Source: Candidatus Altiarchaeota archaeon
GTDB lineage: Archaea > Altiarchaeota > Altiarchaeia > IMC4 > SCGC-AAA252-I15
NCBI GenBank assembly: GCA_043800255.1
Contig: JAZDNF010000003.1
Span: 47,923-111,922, forward strand
Reading direction: 5' to 3'
Length of the DNA: 64,000 nucleotides
In this document: positions 8,501 to 17,979 of the stretch, piece after piece
Layout of the letters: every line of letters begins with the position of its first letter
Position numbering within the stretch: position 1 is the stretch's first letter
Made by a program: the position numbers and the translations under genes
Notes under the pieces: model-generated
What the model was told of the DNA's origin: nothing
Seen by the model: only the letters and a program-made list of their open reading frames with translations
Database searches by the model: none

Positions 8501-10834
8501 ACAGAGGCTGACAGAGACGCTCAGGAGAAGGGGAAGAAGTCTCAGCAGGCTGACGCCTTGAGGCTGGCAGTCGGTCTAAACCAGCAGGTCAGAGCTGGGA
8601 CGAAGGATAGGGACGGGAAAGAGATGGATAGGGATAAAGCTAAGGGAATAATGAAAAAGTTCAACTCGAACATTCAGAGCGAGGAAGAACAAGCTAAACG
8701 TCAGAATAGCCGGTTTTTGGAGAGGTATGCAGCTAAGACTGAGAACGTTACCGATACTATGGGCAGGTATTTGAATCATAAGCTTGCGAGGAGGCATTGG
8801 GTTGCCGACAAGCAGAGGCTTCTCAAATACGGCAGCCCTAAGACGAGGGCTGATATTCTGAGATCAGTCCATGAAGAAGACCGGAAAACCATCGAAGAAA
8901 AGATTGCTAGAAAACACTGGGTTGGAATCGAAGCTCCGAAAATTCAGGAGATAAAATCGGGGGGAGACGCTGGGAAAACTGTTTGGGATATGAAGGACGA
9001 AAAAATTAAAAAGAAACAGATTAGAACAGAGAAGGGAATTGATAAGTTCAAAGAGAGGAACATCAATTGGGATACTGGGACTGTTCGAGAGTTCGTGACG
9101 TTGGATCAGGAGGAGGCTGCTGTTGCGTTGCATTATGAGTGGGGTTTGGACGAGCGTACTGGCGCTGTCAGGTATAATTTTCACATGATGCGGTCTGCTG
9201 ACGGGCAGAACATGTACATGAACCAGGGGGATTATGCCAAGCTGATGCAGAGGGTAGAACACGAGGGCGGTAAAATAAGAGTCGAACATGTGACGGCAGA
9301 CGACTTCGTGAAGATGCAGGAGACTGGGAGAGTAAGCGTGCAGAACCAGAAGACAGGACGCGTCGAATACTTCCTCGGGGAGGATGACGCCAACAAGTAC
9401 GTAATATCCAACACAGGCATAATGGTCGTCGGCGCAGGAATAGCAGATGAAAAGATAACACGAAGAGAAGGAGAAACGGAAGAAGCCGCTCTAGTAAGAG
9501 CGGAAAGCAGAGCAGAAGCGCTTAGAAAAAATCGTGAGAAGGGTGCTTATCTGCGTGTGGATGATATTCAGACGTTGGAGAGGAAGTATGGTTTCAGCGG
9601 GGAGCAGGTTAACCGGTTGGTTGATGTTGTCGGTAGCATGAAAGAGAAGGTTGATGTTGTCGGCAGCATGAAAGAAGAATATGGGCTGAACCCTAACACG
9701 AGAGTCGCATTCTATTACAATCCGTACGATATCAATCCGGCAACCACCAACGGACGCGACGCGATAGAGATTAACCTGGGGAGCAGGGTGTTCAACCCGG
9801 AGACAGACTACTGGGCTGGGCTGACTGACGAGGAGAAGTCGGCCAGAGTATTAGACCTCAGAGGCTCTAAAGACTTAGCAGGATGGAACGATCTCGAGGC
9901 AAAGAGGAGATGGGACCTCATGCAAACGTACAGCGCAGAGGACAGACAGGTGGTCATCGACAGTATCAGGAGTGTGACTGGGAAGGAACTCTCACAGGAG
10001 GAGGCGGGCAGGGTACTCTATAACCGGAATGTCAGAGAAATCGGCGAAGGTGATGCGCAGGTTCTGTACAACAGGCAGCAGTGGTTGCAGAAGGCGAGCA
10101 CCGAAGACCTGAGCAAGAGCATAGGAGGCGTAATATTCCACGAGGCAGCGCACATAAAACTGTTCACAGGAGCTTCAATTAGCTCGGGGCAGATGATAGA
10201 AAACCAGCAGGACGTCTACGACGTCTTCATAGGGCCTGGCAAGGCCAGATCATTCATGCGGATGATAAACCCGTTCAGCAAGAGCAGGAAGATGGGGGCA
10301 GGGCAGACGCTGATGGGCGGCGACCGCGCTGAAATGCTAGGACAGCACAAACTGATAGGGAACCTCCCGGAAGTTACAGAGGAATTCAGGAAAATACTCG
10401 AGCGGAACAAAGTCAAAGTAAAAAGTGAAGTCATCGGGAACCTGTTCGGCGAAACCCTCAGCGACCAGATTGGAGGCAGGTCTGCGAAAGCGAGTGAACG
10501 TGAGGACTTTCACAGGCAGCAGATTGGCAAAGCAATAGAGGCTAAGATAGACAACTATGAGGACACGATAGCGTTAGCCACCAGAGGATACACTGACCCT
10601 GAGCTGATAAGGCAAAAGGCCAGCATGACGCTCACAAACAAGGACGCCGCAGAACTGGCCATGTACAGGAAGAGGGCTGAACTCCTCGGGAATAAAGAGC
10701 TGGCGGAGAGGATAGAAGAGCTGGCGAAAGCCACTCTATCAGAGGGGGAACGACGGCGGACATACGCCGGCGCATACGAAGCCCTAGACTACCTCACAGA
10801 GAATGTGAAATTTGAGAAGAGGGAAAATGCCTGA
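5585..10834 (+). CDS. Giant VirB6-like membrane protein with long hydrophilic C-terminus containing a HExxH (zincin-like) motif
   Basis: N-terminal ~370 aa polytopic and homologous to 11332..13122 (NPxxY, RARAK, LYFFDxTRGxG); GGVIFHEAAH near 10139-10153. Confidence 0.65.
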   Translation: MKRLHVRRKLRTILASAVLALILLAQNATALPILLLALIFIPLIGTGIGIAITKWPAGAKFLGFLLNIPIKLLVDLIVSIFGPFIRLVLNYIEDGIIYNPKIYPFDEICFGGLPTQGFVYGCAVENLMKMMMKILAPFYTLLLLLIGIYIIFVSVEPQSRARAKSEFNKLLISMLLASSAPVIYQLLLDISQSMTAAVFENSTTKTSEAMARGIIVAFANPWTFELGAWVVLFGLVLVMARLFFIVLFAILFPVSIFLYFFDFTRGLGSNMIRATMFFIFLQVVQALIFVITGIAAAEQASELLRGFIVAAGLTGMVLAGMLMAGIMKWAGGFMAMVGTSMAGRGQMGGAVMLGAGQIMMGAGPSGLVGAGATAGYMMPKQLEPGIKGVGRKALAGLGGAAGHPIQSMSDGMQEAGGGAAGVIKGFQRWGRTYVEGYKGRFSTRYTQVRESMAGVGSKYAGDLPSSDKVSEALKRSQQTGKGTGKGGTLPYEETSGPGATAEEKEFPRTPPARQKNYGAGATDEHSSLVASHTSGGRIESEGAFSNWPMVALMQSGFMPQMFSWMFWGTGKDEWRDKEYKKGFGRWSKGVSLRKAAKDMVKAGEDMIEQSRSLSVDEASKMRDEGRNLIRQGRRAKARGWVATGASVVMPASPFIPIREAGAIIAGTVSLFLPETVGLGVGGLALQLGVGGLSLVPAAAGWASRATGFGVSLLGGKGDTPEDIERRRMRVDKWDARADRMREWSRATRRGGGWVRDNAKFPMRKPFYWAARKMTGLSVKQIWHRSNVEQEFFRSMFKYRQAKKEHRMAKKSGDAEAEAKAEKRKASAEERVFKLLRKSSRGDEFWGKDEIHDTMIQSKVAQWAPELMDKYLESGSDSSLDKYFDEETSKNTADAEGVGFDKKELPGAQERQLPGAQERDTFEALLKEGGIGDAVGSEVNAQVGGVFNNESGGEWGGFERLTEFRPEDVLYGLTEADRDAQEKGKKSQQADALRLAVGLNQQVRAGTKDRDGKEMDRDKAKGIMKKFNSNIQSEEEQAKRQNSRFLERYAAKTENVTDTMGRYLNHKLARRHWVADKQRLLKYGSPKTRADILRSVHEEDRKTIEEKIARKHWVGIEAPKIQEIKSGGDAGKTVWDMKDEKIKKKQIRTEKGIDKFKERNINWDTGTVREFVTLDQEEAAVALHYEWGLDERTGAVRYNFHMMRSADGQNMYMNQGDYAKLMQRVEHEGGKIRVEHVTADDFVKMQETGRVSVQNQKTGRVEYFLGEDDANKYVISNTGIMVVGAGIADEKITRREGETEEAALVRAESRAEALRKNREKGAYLRVDDIQTLERKYGFSGEQVNRLVDVVGSMKEKVDVVGSMKEEYGLNPNTRVAFYYNPYDINPATTNGRDAIEINLGSRVFNPETDYWAGLTDEEKSARVLDLRGSKDLAGWNDLEAKRRWDLMQTYSAEDRQVVIDSIRSVTGKELSQEEAGRVLYNRNVREIGEGDAQVLYNRQQWLQKASTEDLSKSIGGVIFHEAAHIKLFTGASISSGQMIENQQDVYDVFIGPGKARSFMRMINPFSKSRKMGAGQTLMGGDRAEMLGQHKLIGNLPEVTEEFRKILERNKVKVKSEVIGNLFGETLSDQIGGRSAKASEREDFHRQQIGKAIEAKIDNYEDTIALATRGYTDPELIRQKASMTLTNKDAAELAMYRKRAELLGNKELAERIEELAKATLSEGERRRTYAGAYEALDYLTENVKFEKRENA
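8291..8337 (+). repeat. In-frame 24-bp tandem duplication (ELPGAQER/QLPGAQER)
   Basis: agttgccaggcgcacaagagcg occurs twice in tandem. Confidence 0.9.
9619..9679 (+). repeat. In-frame 30-bp tandem duplication (VDVVGSMKEK/VDVVGSMKEE)
   Basis: ggttgatgttgtcggYagcatgaaaga occurs twice in tandem. Confidence 0.9.
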
Positions 10835-11351
10835 GAAGGATAAGATTGAGTTGAGCAGGAGGGAGCAGGGCATAGTCGAGAGGTTCAAGAGGAGCGCTGA
10901 GGAGATAAGCGAGATATACAGGGACGATCCCCGGACGGAGATAATGGATGCGATAATAGTTGCCAAACACGGCAGACACGACTACGCCACGGAGAGGATC
11001 ACGCCAGAGCCTTTATGGGATACGGTATTCGAGGAGAGGATATGCCCGGTCTCCAACACGCCGAAAGACATACTCAGAAACGAAATACACGGCAGGCTTA
11101 AATCAGAAGACAACAGGATAGTATGCGACAAGTGCAAATTCCAAGTGGATGAAAAGCTCTTCAACAGCGGGCGGGAAAGGAACAACAGAGAGAAAAAGTG
11201 GATGGAGGATGACGCTAGACTCTATGAGGAGCTGCAAAAACAGAGAATCCCAAAAGGGAGGATAGACGAGCTCAGGACTATGGGCGAGGAGCAGGCGCTC
11301 ACAGAACTCTCAAGAAAATACCCGGAAGAGGATGAAAAAGAAACTGGTTAG
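10827..11351 (+). CDS. Hypothetical protein with possible Zn ribbon
   Basis: CPVS...CDKC; overlaps both neighbours in operon fashion. Confidence 0.65.
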   Translation: MPEKDKIELSRREQGIVERFKRSAEEISEIYRDDPRTEIMDAIIVAKHGRHDYATERITPEPLWDTVFEERICPVSNTPKDILRNEIHGRLKSEDNRIVCDKCKFQVDEKLFNSGRERNNREKKWMEDDARLYEELQKQRIPKGRIDELRTMGEEQALTELSRKYPEEDEKETG

Positions 11352-13122
11352 TCTGGGGATGATAGCAGCGGCAGGATTGGTGAAAGCTGAGGAATCCTCA
11401 GGCTCCATCATGCAGTCCATCATGAACGCCATCATGGTGATACTCACTCCGTTGGTGAAATGGGGCTTCGACTTCATCGTCTGGATGATATCGATAAACC
11501 CGACAGTGTACTGCATGCCGAGCGAGATTGCGGCAGGGTGCAAGGTAAGCTTCGGCTTCGACAGGTTCTTCCCCTACTTCTTCGACCTCCTCATACCATT
11601 GTACATCGTAGCCTTCATGTTCACTGCGATATACTTCATAACTAAGACGACGAACGCCAGAAGCAGGGCCAGGGCAAAGGCGATGCTCTCGAAGCTGATA
11701 CTCGGCATCATAATCATAGGCATGTCCCCCCTCATATACCAGGTCATGTTGGACATATCCGGGGGGCTGGTTAACTTCATATACGAGAGTTCAGGCTTGG
11801 TGAACTTCGAAGACCTTAAGCAGAATGCGACAGCAGGCGGCGCACTCGCAGCATTGGCGGCCATAATCCTGACCTACCTGATAATAATCCCGGCGATAGC
11901 GATAGTAGCCTGCATCAGATACTTTATGGTGGTCACATTCGCCCTCGTATTCCCCCTCCTCCTGTTCTTGTACTTCTTCGACCTCACGAGAGGCTTCGGC
12001 AGAAAATGGCTGCGCCATGCGGTGGGGTGGATAATGGTGCCCCCGCTGCAGGCCCTCTTCCTTGTTCTCACCGTAGCGTCCATTGACAGCATAGGCCCGA
12101 CATTGGACGGGACCCTCGGCTTCGCGCTAGTCGGGCCTCTCGTCGGGTTCTTCATGACAATAGCAGGCCTCCTGATGGTAGGGCTCGCGCCGCTGATGAT
12201 AAACCATCTTATGAGCCTAGTCGGAGGCGGAGTCGTTGCAGTGGGGCTGGCGAGCAACACGCCATGGATTGCGGGAGTTGGAGGAGTCCTTGAAGGCAGA
12301 GGCAGCAAGGCGATGAACCTCACAAAATCTGTTCTAACAAGAGGCAGCCCGGCTGGCACAGGATTCTATGCGGCAATCAAAGGCGCGTCCGGAATCTACG
12401 GGGAAACAAGCGCTGGCGTGTCAGGCTTCGGCGCCTTAGGCGGGAAACGCAGGATAAGCCCGGATGGAGTGCAGGAGACAAGACCAGTAGACCAGGGGAC
12501 GATCGCCGAGCGGGGAGTGACTCCCAGCCGCAAGGAGATAGAGGAGACCGTCTCAAAGGAGGTTGATGCTGCGAAAACCGGGGTCACGGCTGGAAGCGGG
12601 ACCGTAACAACAGCAAGACGGTCTGATGAAGGCAAAACCAGCACAGGCAAAATACAGGTTGGAGGCGAGTGGATGAACCCCAACATACAGGAGATGATAG
12701 CGATGGAAAGGTCGAGGCTGCAGCGCGCCGGAGAGACCCTGCCGGAGACGATAAAGGAAAGCTTCAAGGAGGAGCGTGAATACCACAGCAAACTCCAGGA
12801 AAGACTGAAAGCTATCAAAGCAGGCGGCGTCGAGACCGAGATTGCCGCGGACAAGACCCAACTCGAAAGGATGAGAGGAGCCGCAAAGGTTACAAAAGCA
12901 AGAGCCAAACAGAAGGCAGACTTAGACTTCGAACGCGCCAAGAAGGAGGTTGAAGGAGCGATAGAGGAGGACAAACAGAAGGAGGGCGCGGAGAAAGCCA
13001 GGAAAAGATCGAAGAAGGCTGTGGAAAAAACAATCAAGAAAGCGGTAGAGAATGAAGTGAGAAGGCAAACAAAAGCCGTCAAAACCGAGACGCAGAAGAG
13101 TAAAAAGGAGGGCGCAGAGTGA
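11332..13122 (+). CDS. VirB6-like membrane protein with coiled-coil C-terminus
   Basis: Signal peptide, about 8 TM helices, Gly-rich linker, charged tail; homologous to the N-terminus of 5585..10834. Confidence 0.65.
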   Translation: MKKKLVSLGMIAAAGLVKAEESSGSIMQSIMNAIMVILTPLVKWGFDFIVWMISINPTVYCMPSEIAAGCKVSFGFDRFFPYFFDLLIPLYIVAFMFTAIYFITKTTNARSRARAKAMLSKLILGIIIIGMSPLIYQVMLDISGGLVNFIYESSGLVNFEDLKQNATAGGALAALAAIILTYLIIIPAIAIVACIRYFMVVTFALVFPLLLFLYFFDLTRGFGRKWLRHAVGWIMVPPLQALFLVLTVASIDSIGPTLDGTLGFALVGPLVGFFMTIAGLLMVGLAPLMINHLMSLVGGGVVAVGLASNTPWIAGVGGVLEGRGSKAMNLTKSVLTRGSPAGTGFYAAIKGASGIYGETSAGVSGFGALGGKRRISPDGVQETRPVDQGTIAERGVTPSRKEIEETVSKEVDAAKTGVTAGSGTVTTARRSDEGKTSTGKIQVGGEWMNPNIQEMIAMERSRLQRAGETLPETIKESFKEEREYHSKLQERLKAIKAGGVETEIAADKTQLERMRGAAKVTKARAKQKADLDFERAKKEVEGAIEEDKQKEGAEKARKRSKKAVEKTIKKAVENEVRRQTKAVKTETQKSKKEGAE

Positions 13123-14183
13123 GGGACAAGCAGAAGGAGAAGGAAGACGACAAAGAGCTCATAGGCCTCATAAAAAAAGGCTCGCAGATAAAGGCGCCTG
13201 AACAGGTGTGGCAGACGAAAGTCAGGAGAATAGACGCCTTCGGCGACTTCACGCAAGCATCACAGGAGAGCGGCGAACCGTACACGGTCTCGGACGCGAT
13301 GAAATCGGCCGAAAACTTGGTCAAAGAGCACGGCCTGAAACCCAACCAGGAGGTCACCATCATAACAGAGGACAAAGGCAAGAAAGTAGAGAAGAAGATG
13401 ACATTAGAGCGCATGTCCAGCCTACGCAAAGGAGACAGCCTCTACAAGAAACTCAAAAAAGACGGCGGATGGGTGAAATTCGGAGACGAAGGCCCGGACA
13501 AGGAAACAGTCAAAGCCGTCGTGGGAGGAACCCTCCTCAAAGCAGCAGGCATAATAGCGGAAAAAGTCGAGGAGGGCGAAATACCAGACTCCCAGAAGAA
13601 GAAGGCAGCTGAAGTGGTGGCAAAATGCATAAGAGAATGGGACAGCATACAAGACCAGGGACTGGACCAGACACGAGCAACAGAAGCCTTCGGCGCCCTC
13701 GGAATGACAGGAGGAAGCCCGGGCGGCGGAATCTACCAGCCCTTCTCACGCTACACCGTCGGAATACCCTGGGACTACATCGACACCCAAAGCAGGATAA
13801 TGGCAGCCTGGTGGTTCGACAACGTCAAATGGAGAAGCCAATACTCGATAGTCGGAAAATACGTCTCACTGCCCTGGGCGATAACAAAATACGGCAAAAA
13901 AAACAAAAAGAAGAAAAAAAAATGGAAGAAAAAGGTCAGAAAATTCGAAAAAATGTTCGACCTATTCTACATCAACATAGAAGACGTATTCGACCTCGAC
14001 AACCTAAGCATATGGGACATATTCGAACTCGAAGACTACGGAAAAACAAAACCCACAGGAAAACAATACGAATCCATAAAAAAACTCATGAAAGAACAAG
14101 GCTACTTCAAAGAACAAGAAGCCATCAAAGCAGCAGAAATAACCAGAACACCCCAAACAAGCGACATATTCAAAAAACCCTAA
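13119..14183 (+). CDS. Hypothetical Lys-rich protein in T4SS-like operon
   Basis: GTGA overlap with the previous stop; 354-aa ORF; KKNKKKKKKWKKK tract. Confidence 0.65.
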   Translation: MRDKQKEKEDDKELIGLIKKGSQIKAPEQVWQTKVRRIDAFGDFTQASQESGEPYTVSDAMKSAENLVKEHGLKPNQEVTIITEDKGKKVEKKMTLERMSSLRKGDSLYKKLKKDGGWVKFGDEGPDKETVKAVVGGTLLKAAGIIAEKVEEGEIPDSQKKKAAEVVAKCIREWDSIQDQGLDQTRATEAFGALGMTGGSPGGGIYQPFSRYTVGIPWDYIDTQSRIMAAWWFDNVKWRSQYSIVGKYVSLPWAITKYGKKNKKKKKKWKKKVRKFEKMFDLFYINIEDVFDLDNLSIWDIFELEDYGKTKPTGKQYESIKKLMKEQGYFKEQEAIKAAEITRTPQTSDIFKKP

Positions 14184-15232
14184 GAGGGCACCGTAATACC
14201 CAACCGATTACTAATGTGCTCAAAAACCATCCGCCGGGATGCACAATAATAATCTCGGGTATAGATAGACCCATGCACCTTAAACGCATTATAGGTGCAA
14301 CCCCCATTACATAATTCTTTCCACTTGCAGCCTAGGCAATCTGCTATCCTGTTTCTCGCAAATTTTGGATACGATTCAACCAGAATTTCTTTTAGACTCC
14401 TATCAGATATATTTCCTAATTGCATTGACTTCTCATTAGCAAACGTATCGCAAGGGTAGACATTCCCAAAAACGTCAATATGTATGAGCCGGTCCAGACA
14501 ATTTCCTATGCTCCAACACCCACTAGTTTTATTACTGGTAACAGCATAGGAATATTCCATAAGCGTTTTTATTCTGATTTTATCGAATTGAGGATACCAC
14601 AAATCGAACAGCTCTGTGAGAGCTATGCCATACTCTTGGGGGGTTATAGCAAGAGAGTTATCAGGGGGGTAAGGGCGGATAGGATTTAACCTAAAGCCGA
14701 GATTAATGCTCTTAAAGAAGTTGAGTATCCGGGGTATTTTATTCAAACCTATGCGTGTTAGAATACAGATACATCCGAATCGAACGTTATGCTCTCTAAG
14801 AATTTTAACTGAGTTCATTATATCGTCATGCGTTCCACCTCCATCACAATAGACTCTTTGAGAATCATGGATGTCTTTTGGACCATCAATACTCAGACCC
14901 AAACCGATATTATTATCTTTAATGAATTTGACGGTCTGTTCATCAATCAATGTTCCATTAGTCTGAATCTTTATTTTCATCTCGAGTTTATCCTTGAACA
15001 TTCTTTTTAGGTCCATTACTTCTTCTAAAAACGGAATCTCCTCGATAAAGGGCTCTCCGCCAAAGTATTGGAATGTGACCTTCTTTTTCCCCAATGATAT
15101 TACCTCCTCAAGTATCTTGTTTAATGTATCCAGATCTATCGTGATGTCACCTTTCTCATAAAAACAATATTTGCACGAAAGATTGCACTTCCGCGTTAGC
15201 TCAACTATCACTCCCGCATTTTTTGGGATCAT
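14180..15232 (-). CDS. Radical SAM/SPASM peptide-modifying-type enzyme
   Basis: CNLSCKYC; FGGEP; QTNGTL; SIDGP; SPASM cysteines (CWSIGNC, YPC, CLGC..CNGGC, YYC). Confidence 0.9.
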   Translation of the reverse strand: MIPKNAGVIVELTRKCNLSCKYCFYEKGDITIDLDTLNKILEEVISLGKKKVTFQYFGGEPFIEEIPFLEEVMDLKRMFKDKLEMKIKIQTNGTLIDEQTVKFIKDNNIGLGLSIDGPKDIHDSQRVYCDGGGTHDDIMNSVKILREHNVRFGCICILTRIGLNKIPRILNFFKSINLGFRLNPIRPYPPDNSLAITPQEYGIALTELFDLWYPQFDKIRIKTLMEYSYAVTSNKTSGCWSIGNCLDRLIHIDVFGNVYPCDTFANEKSMQLGNISDRSLKEILVESYPKFARNRIADCLGCKWKELCNGGCTYNAFKVHGSIYTRDYYCASRRMVFEHISNRLGITVPS

Positions 15233-15233
15233 T

Positions 15234-16325
15234 TTAATTGGATGATGTCTGGACTCCTAGTTTCTTTGCGATATGGTCGAAGAGACTCGTGTATCCTTCA
15301 CAATAATAGTCGGGGTGGGATATTGAACCCTGGTACAGAAACGCATTACGCATGCAACCACCCTGACAAACGCGAAGCCAAGTGCAATCATAACATTTCA
15401 CCATTTCGCTCTGTTCTTTGTAAAATGCCAAAAATTTCTTGGAATTTATGATGTCAGGATAAGATTGTTCGTTTATATTGCCTATGCAAAATGCATTATC
15501 TTTCATCTGCCGGTTACATGCAAAAACATCCCCGTCCCATCTTATTCTGAAATATTTACGATGACAATTATGCATTGACATCGACTTTCCCTGTGGGGAG
15601 GCTAACATATTTTTTATAATCTTTTTGAACGTTGTTATTGTGATTTCATGGGAACTGTCAGAGTACCATAAGTCGAATAGACTAACAAATGATTTTCCCA
15701 AGTCCGCCGGCGTTAATCTCAGTTTCTCTTGCCCACAACCATAACCAAGAGGGTATATTTTAAAATTGATTTGATTTTCCCTGAAGAAGTAATAGAGATC
15801 CTGAACAGCATTACCATTAATTTTGCTTAGGACACACACTGCCCTTAATTTCATCTCACGCTCGCGCATAAGTTCAACCGCCCTCATCGTATTATCAAAT
15901 GAACCACTGCCATCCGCATATTTTCGTGTGCTATCATGAATTTCTTTTGGCCCGTCTATGCTCAAATAGATTTTAAAGTTGTTTTCTTGGAACAAATCCA
16001 ACCAATCCTCGTCTAACAATGTGCCATTTGTCACAACAATGTTTTGTATATTGCGACCATCAGAAAACTTTTTTTCGAGTTTTAGTGCAGTTTCAAAAAA
16101 TTTTTTACCAGCTAATAATGGTTCGCCCCCAATCCACTTAAAAGTCACATCATCAAATGCTATTGAGAACGCTTCTGAGATTGACTTCTGCAGTGTTTTA
16201 TGACCCATCAAATTTTTTCCGGAGGATATGTAACAGTAATCGCAAGATAGGTTACATTTATCAGTAACGGTTAAAACAAAATAACTTGGAAATTCACAAG
16301 CCTCAACATCCATACGCCATTTCAC
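15234..16325 (-). CDS. Radical SAM/SPASM peptide-modifying-type enzyme (paralog)
   Basis: CNLSCDYC; IGGEPLL; TNGTLL; SIDGP; CYDC..CQGGC..YYC. Confidence 0.9.
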   Translation of the reverse strand: MKWRMDVEACEFPSYFVLTVTDKCNLSCDYCYISSGKNLMGHKTLQKSISEAFSIAFDDVTFKWIGGEPLLAGKKFFETALKLEKKFSDGRNIQNIVVTNGTLLDEDWLDLFQENNFKIYLSIDGPKEIHDSTRKYADGSGSFDNTMRAVELMREREMKLRAVCVLSKINGNAVQDLYYFFRENQINFKIYPLGYGCGQEKLRLTPADLGKSFVSLFDLWYSDSSHEITITTFKKIIKNMLASPQGKSMSMHNCHRKYFRIRWDGDVFACNRQMKDNAFCIGNINEQSYPDIINSKKFLAFYKEQSEMVKCYDCTWLRVCQGGCMRNAFLYQGSISHPDYYCEGYTSLFDHIAKKLGVQTSSN

Positions 16326-16328
16326 AAC

Positions 16329-17834
16329 CTATGCCTCACAAGGATCAAAACGCTCATCAGAACGATTATCCCAATGATGATCACTATTATCCCAATCAAA
16401 CCAATGATAATCATGATTATCCCAATTATCCCAATTATCCCAATTATCCCTCCAGTAATCCGCCCGCTCCCGAAGTCGCTTCGCTAGTTCCTCATCCTTT
16501 AGCTTATCTTCTGCGATTGTGGCAGCTTTCTCACATTCCTCTATATTGTGAATTCCTTTTTCAGCAACGTCAACCGCTCTACCCCAAAGATCAGCAGCTC
16601 GCGTCTGGTCTCCTAATTTATCAGCAGCAACAGACCCTGTGTGAGCTAGAACCTCAAAATTGTGACTGTTATACACTACAGCAACATTGATAGCACGAGA
16701 CCACCACTTTTTAGCACTCTCAACATCACCAACACGCTCAAAACGATCACCAACACCAACAACACCACCCCAATCAGACTTCACAGAATAACCCCCAACA
16801 GCACGAGACCACAACTTTTTAGCAGTGGCCCTATCACCTACATCCTCAAAACGATCACCAACACCAACAACACCACCCCAATCAGACTTCACAGAAAATG
16901 CCTCGGCAGATTCAGACCACAAACGCTTAGCCGCTACAACATCACCAACACGCTCAAAACGATCACCAACACCAACAACACCCTCCCAATCAGACTTCAC
17001 AGAATAACCCTCAACAGCACGAGACCACAAACGCTTAGCACCCTCAACATCACCGCAATTACGACATTCATCTCCCCTTCGTTGGGTAGTAAACTCGTTC
17101 AACCGTTCGACTTCCGAACGATCTGGTATCGGAGGTGGTTCGGCGAAGTTGCAGCCGGTCAATTTCTTGTATCTGTCATTGGCTTTGGTGTGCGTTGGGT
17201 CGCGTTCGATTTCGGCACTATAACAGCGAACCGCCTTTTTTTCGTCACCTAAGAGTTCGAATGTGTAACCCTGACAGAAATTCGAATTGGGATGGTTGGG
17301 TTCTAACTTTAACGCCTCCCCAAAACAATCTTTCGCCCTGCCTAAACAATCCGACTCATCAGTATGATCCCACAACCGTAATAGATTAACACCCCGGTTA
17401 TGCCAGATTTTAGGAACCTTAGAATCCAACTTCAAAGCATCACCATAAAGCTCATCCGCCCCCCGATATTTATTGACTACCACACTCACATCAGCGCCCG
17501 CCTTCGAAAGACTACGACCCTCAAGAGACAACTGCCGCGCCTCCCCAGCAAGCTGCTCAGCCTTAAGCCTGTTAACGTCTCCAACAGCGCCGGTCTCATC
17601 AGAAAGAACCCTTAAACGGGAATGCGAAGGCTTAACGCCCAAGAACTCCAGAAACTTCCGCCTATGCTGCTCCTCCCTAGCTCCTGCAGACAGCTCCTCG
17701 ATGGGGGATTCAATGTCTTCAACAGGCTGGATCCTGCTCTCCCGCCCAAGCTGACCCTGCTTGATAGGAGGGATACCCTCAAACTGCCCCTCCCTAGAAC
17801 CCACACCCCCGACCTGGGACTTGCGCTTCTGCAT
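16329..17834 (-). CDS. TPR/alpha-solenoid repeat protein with C-terminal (W/H/F)-x-(N/D) repeat tail; candidate rSAM substrate
   Basis: TPRs (IWHNRG, ALKLEPNH); 36-aa repeats; tail YWRDNWDNWDNWDNHDYHWFDWDNSDHHWDNRSDERFDPCEA. Start set at ATG 17834 by homology with the paralog. Confidence 0.75.
   Translation of the reverse strand: MQKRKSQVGGVGSREGQFEGIPPIKQGQLGRESRIQPVEDIESPIEELSAGAREEQHRRKFLEFLGVKPSHSRLRVLSDETGAVGDVNRLKAEQLAGEARQLSLEGRSLSKAGADVSVVVNKYRGADELYGDALKLDSKVPKIWHNRGVNLLRLWDHTDESDCLGRAKDCFGEALKLEPNHPNSNFCQGYTFELLGDEKKAVRCYSAEIERDPTHTKANDRYKKLTGCNFAEPPPIPDRSEVERLNEFTTQRRGDECRNCGDVEGAKRLWSRAVEGYSVKSDWEGVVGVGDRFERVGDVVAAKRLWSESAEAFSVKSDWGGVVGVGDRFEDVGDRATAKKLWSRAVGGYSVKSDWGGVVGVGDRFERVGDVESAKKWWSRAINVAVVYNSHNFEVLAHTGSVAADKLGDQTRAADLWGRAVDVAEKGIHNIEECEKAATIAEDKLKDEELAKRLRERADYWRDNWDNWDNWDNHDYHWFDWDNSDHHWDNRSDERFDPCEA
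16692..17050 (-). repeat. 108-bp (36-aa) tandem repeat, about 3.3 copies
   Basis: agcacgagacc anchors at 16692, 16800 and 17016; unit AKxLWSRAVxGYSVKSDWxGVVGVGDRFExVGD; a near-identical copy lies at 18124-18255. Confidence 0.9.
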
Positions 17835-17864
17835 CAATAGTATAAGAACAACGGCAGAATAAAT
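17818..17864 (-). promoter_or_regulatory. Duplicated promoter/start cassette (copy 1), TATA-like ATTTATT about 25 nt upstream of start
   Basis: 47 nt with 2 mismatches to 19574-19620. Confidence 0.6.
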
Positions 17865-17979
17865 GCCCCCAAAACAATAAAACCCATATCCCCACAATCA
17901 AAATAAACTACGTACAATCATCCGATCGCTCATACTCGTTCACATCGGATAAATCGGCCACATCTTCTTCCTCAATTCT

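Noticed and set aside
13208-14314. Alternative-frame plus-strand ORFs (134 and 229 aa), and similar shadows at 16286-17252
   Set aside because: They arise from T-poor composition suppressing stop codons and have no protein-like features.
16692-17050. Regular repeats as a possible CRISPR array
   Set aside because: The 108-bp units are in-frame coding repeats without unique spacers, and no cas genes are present.
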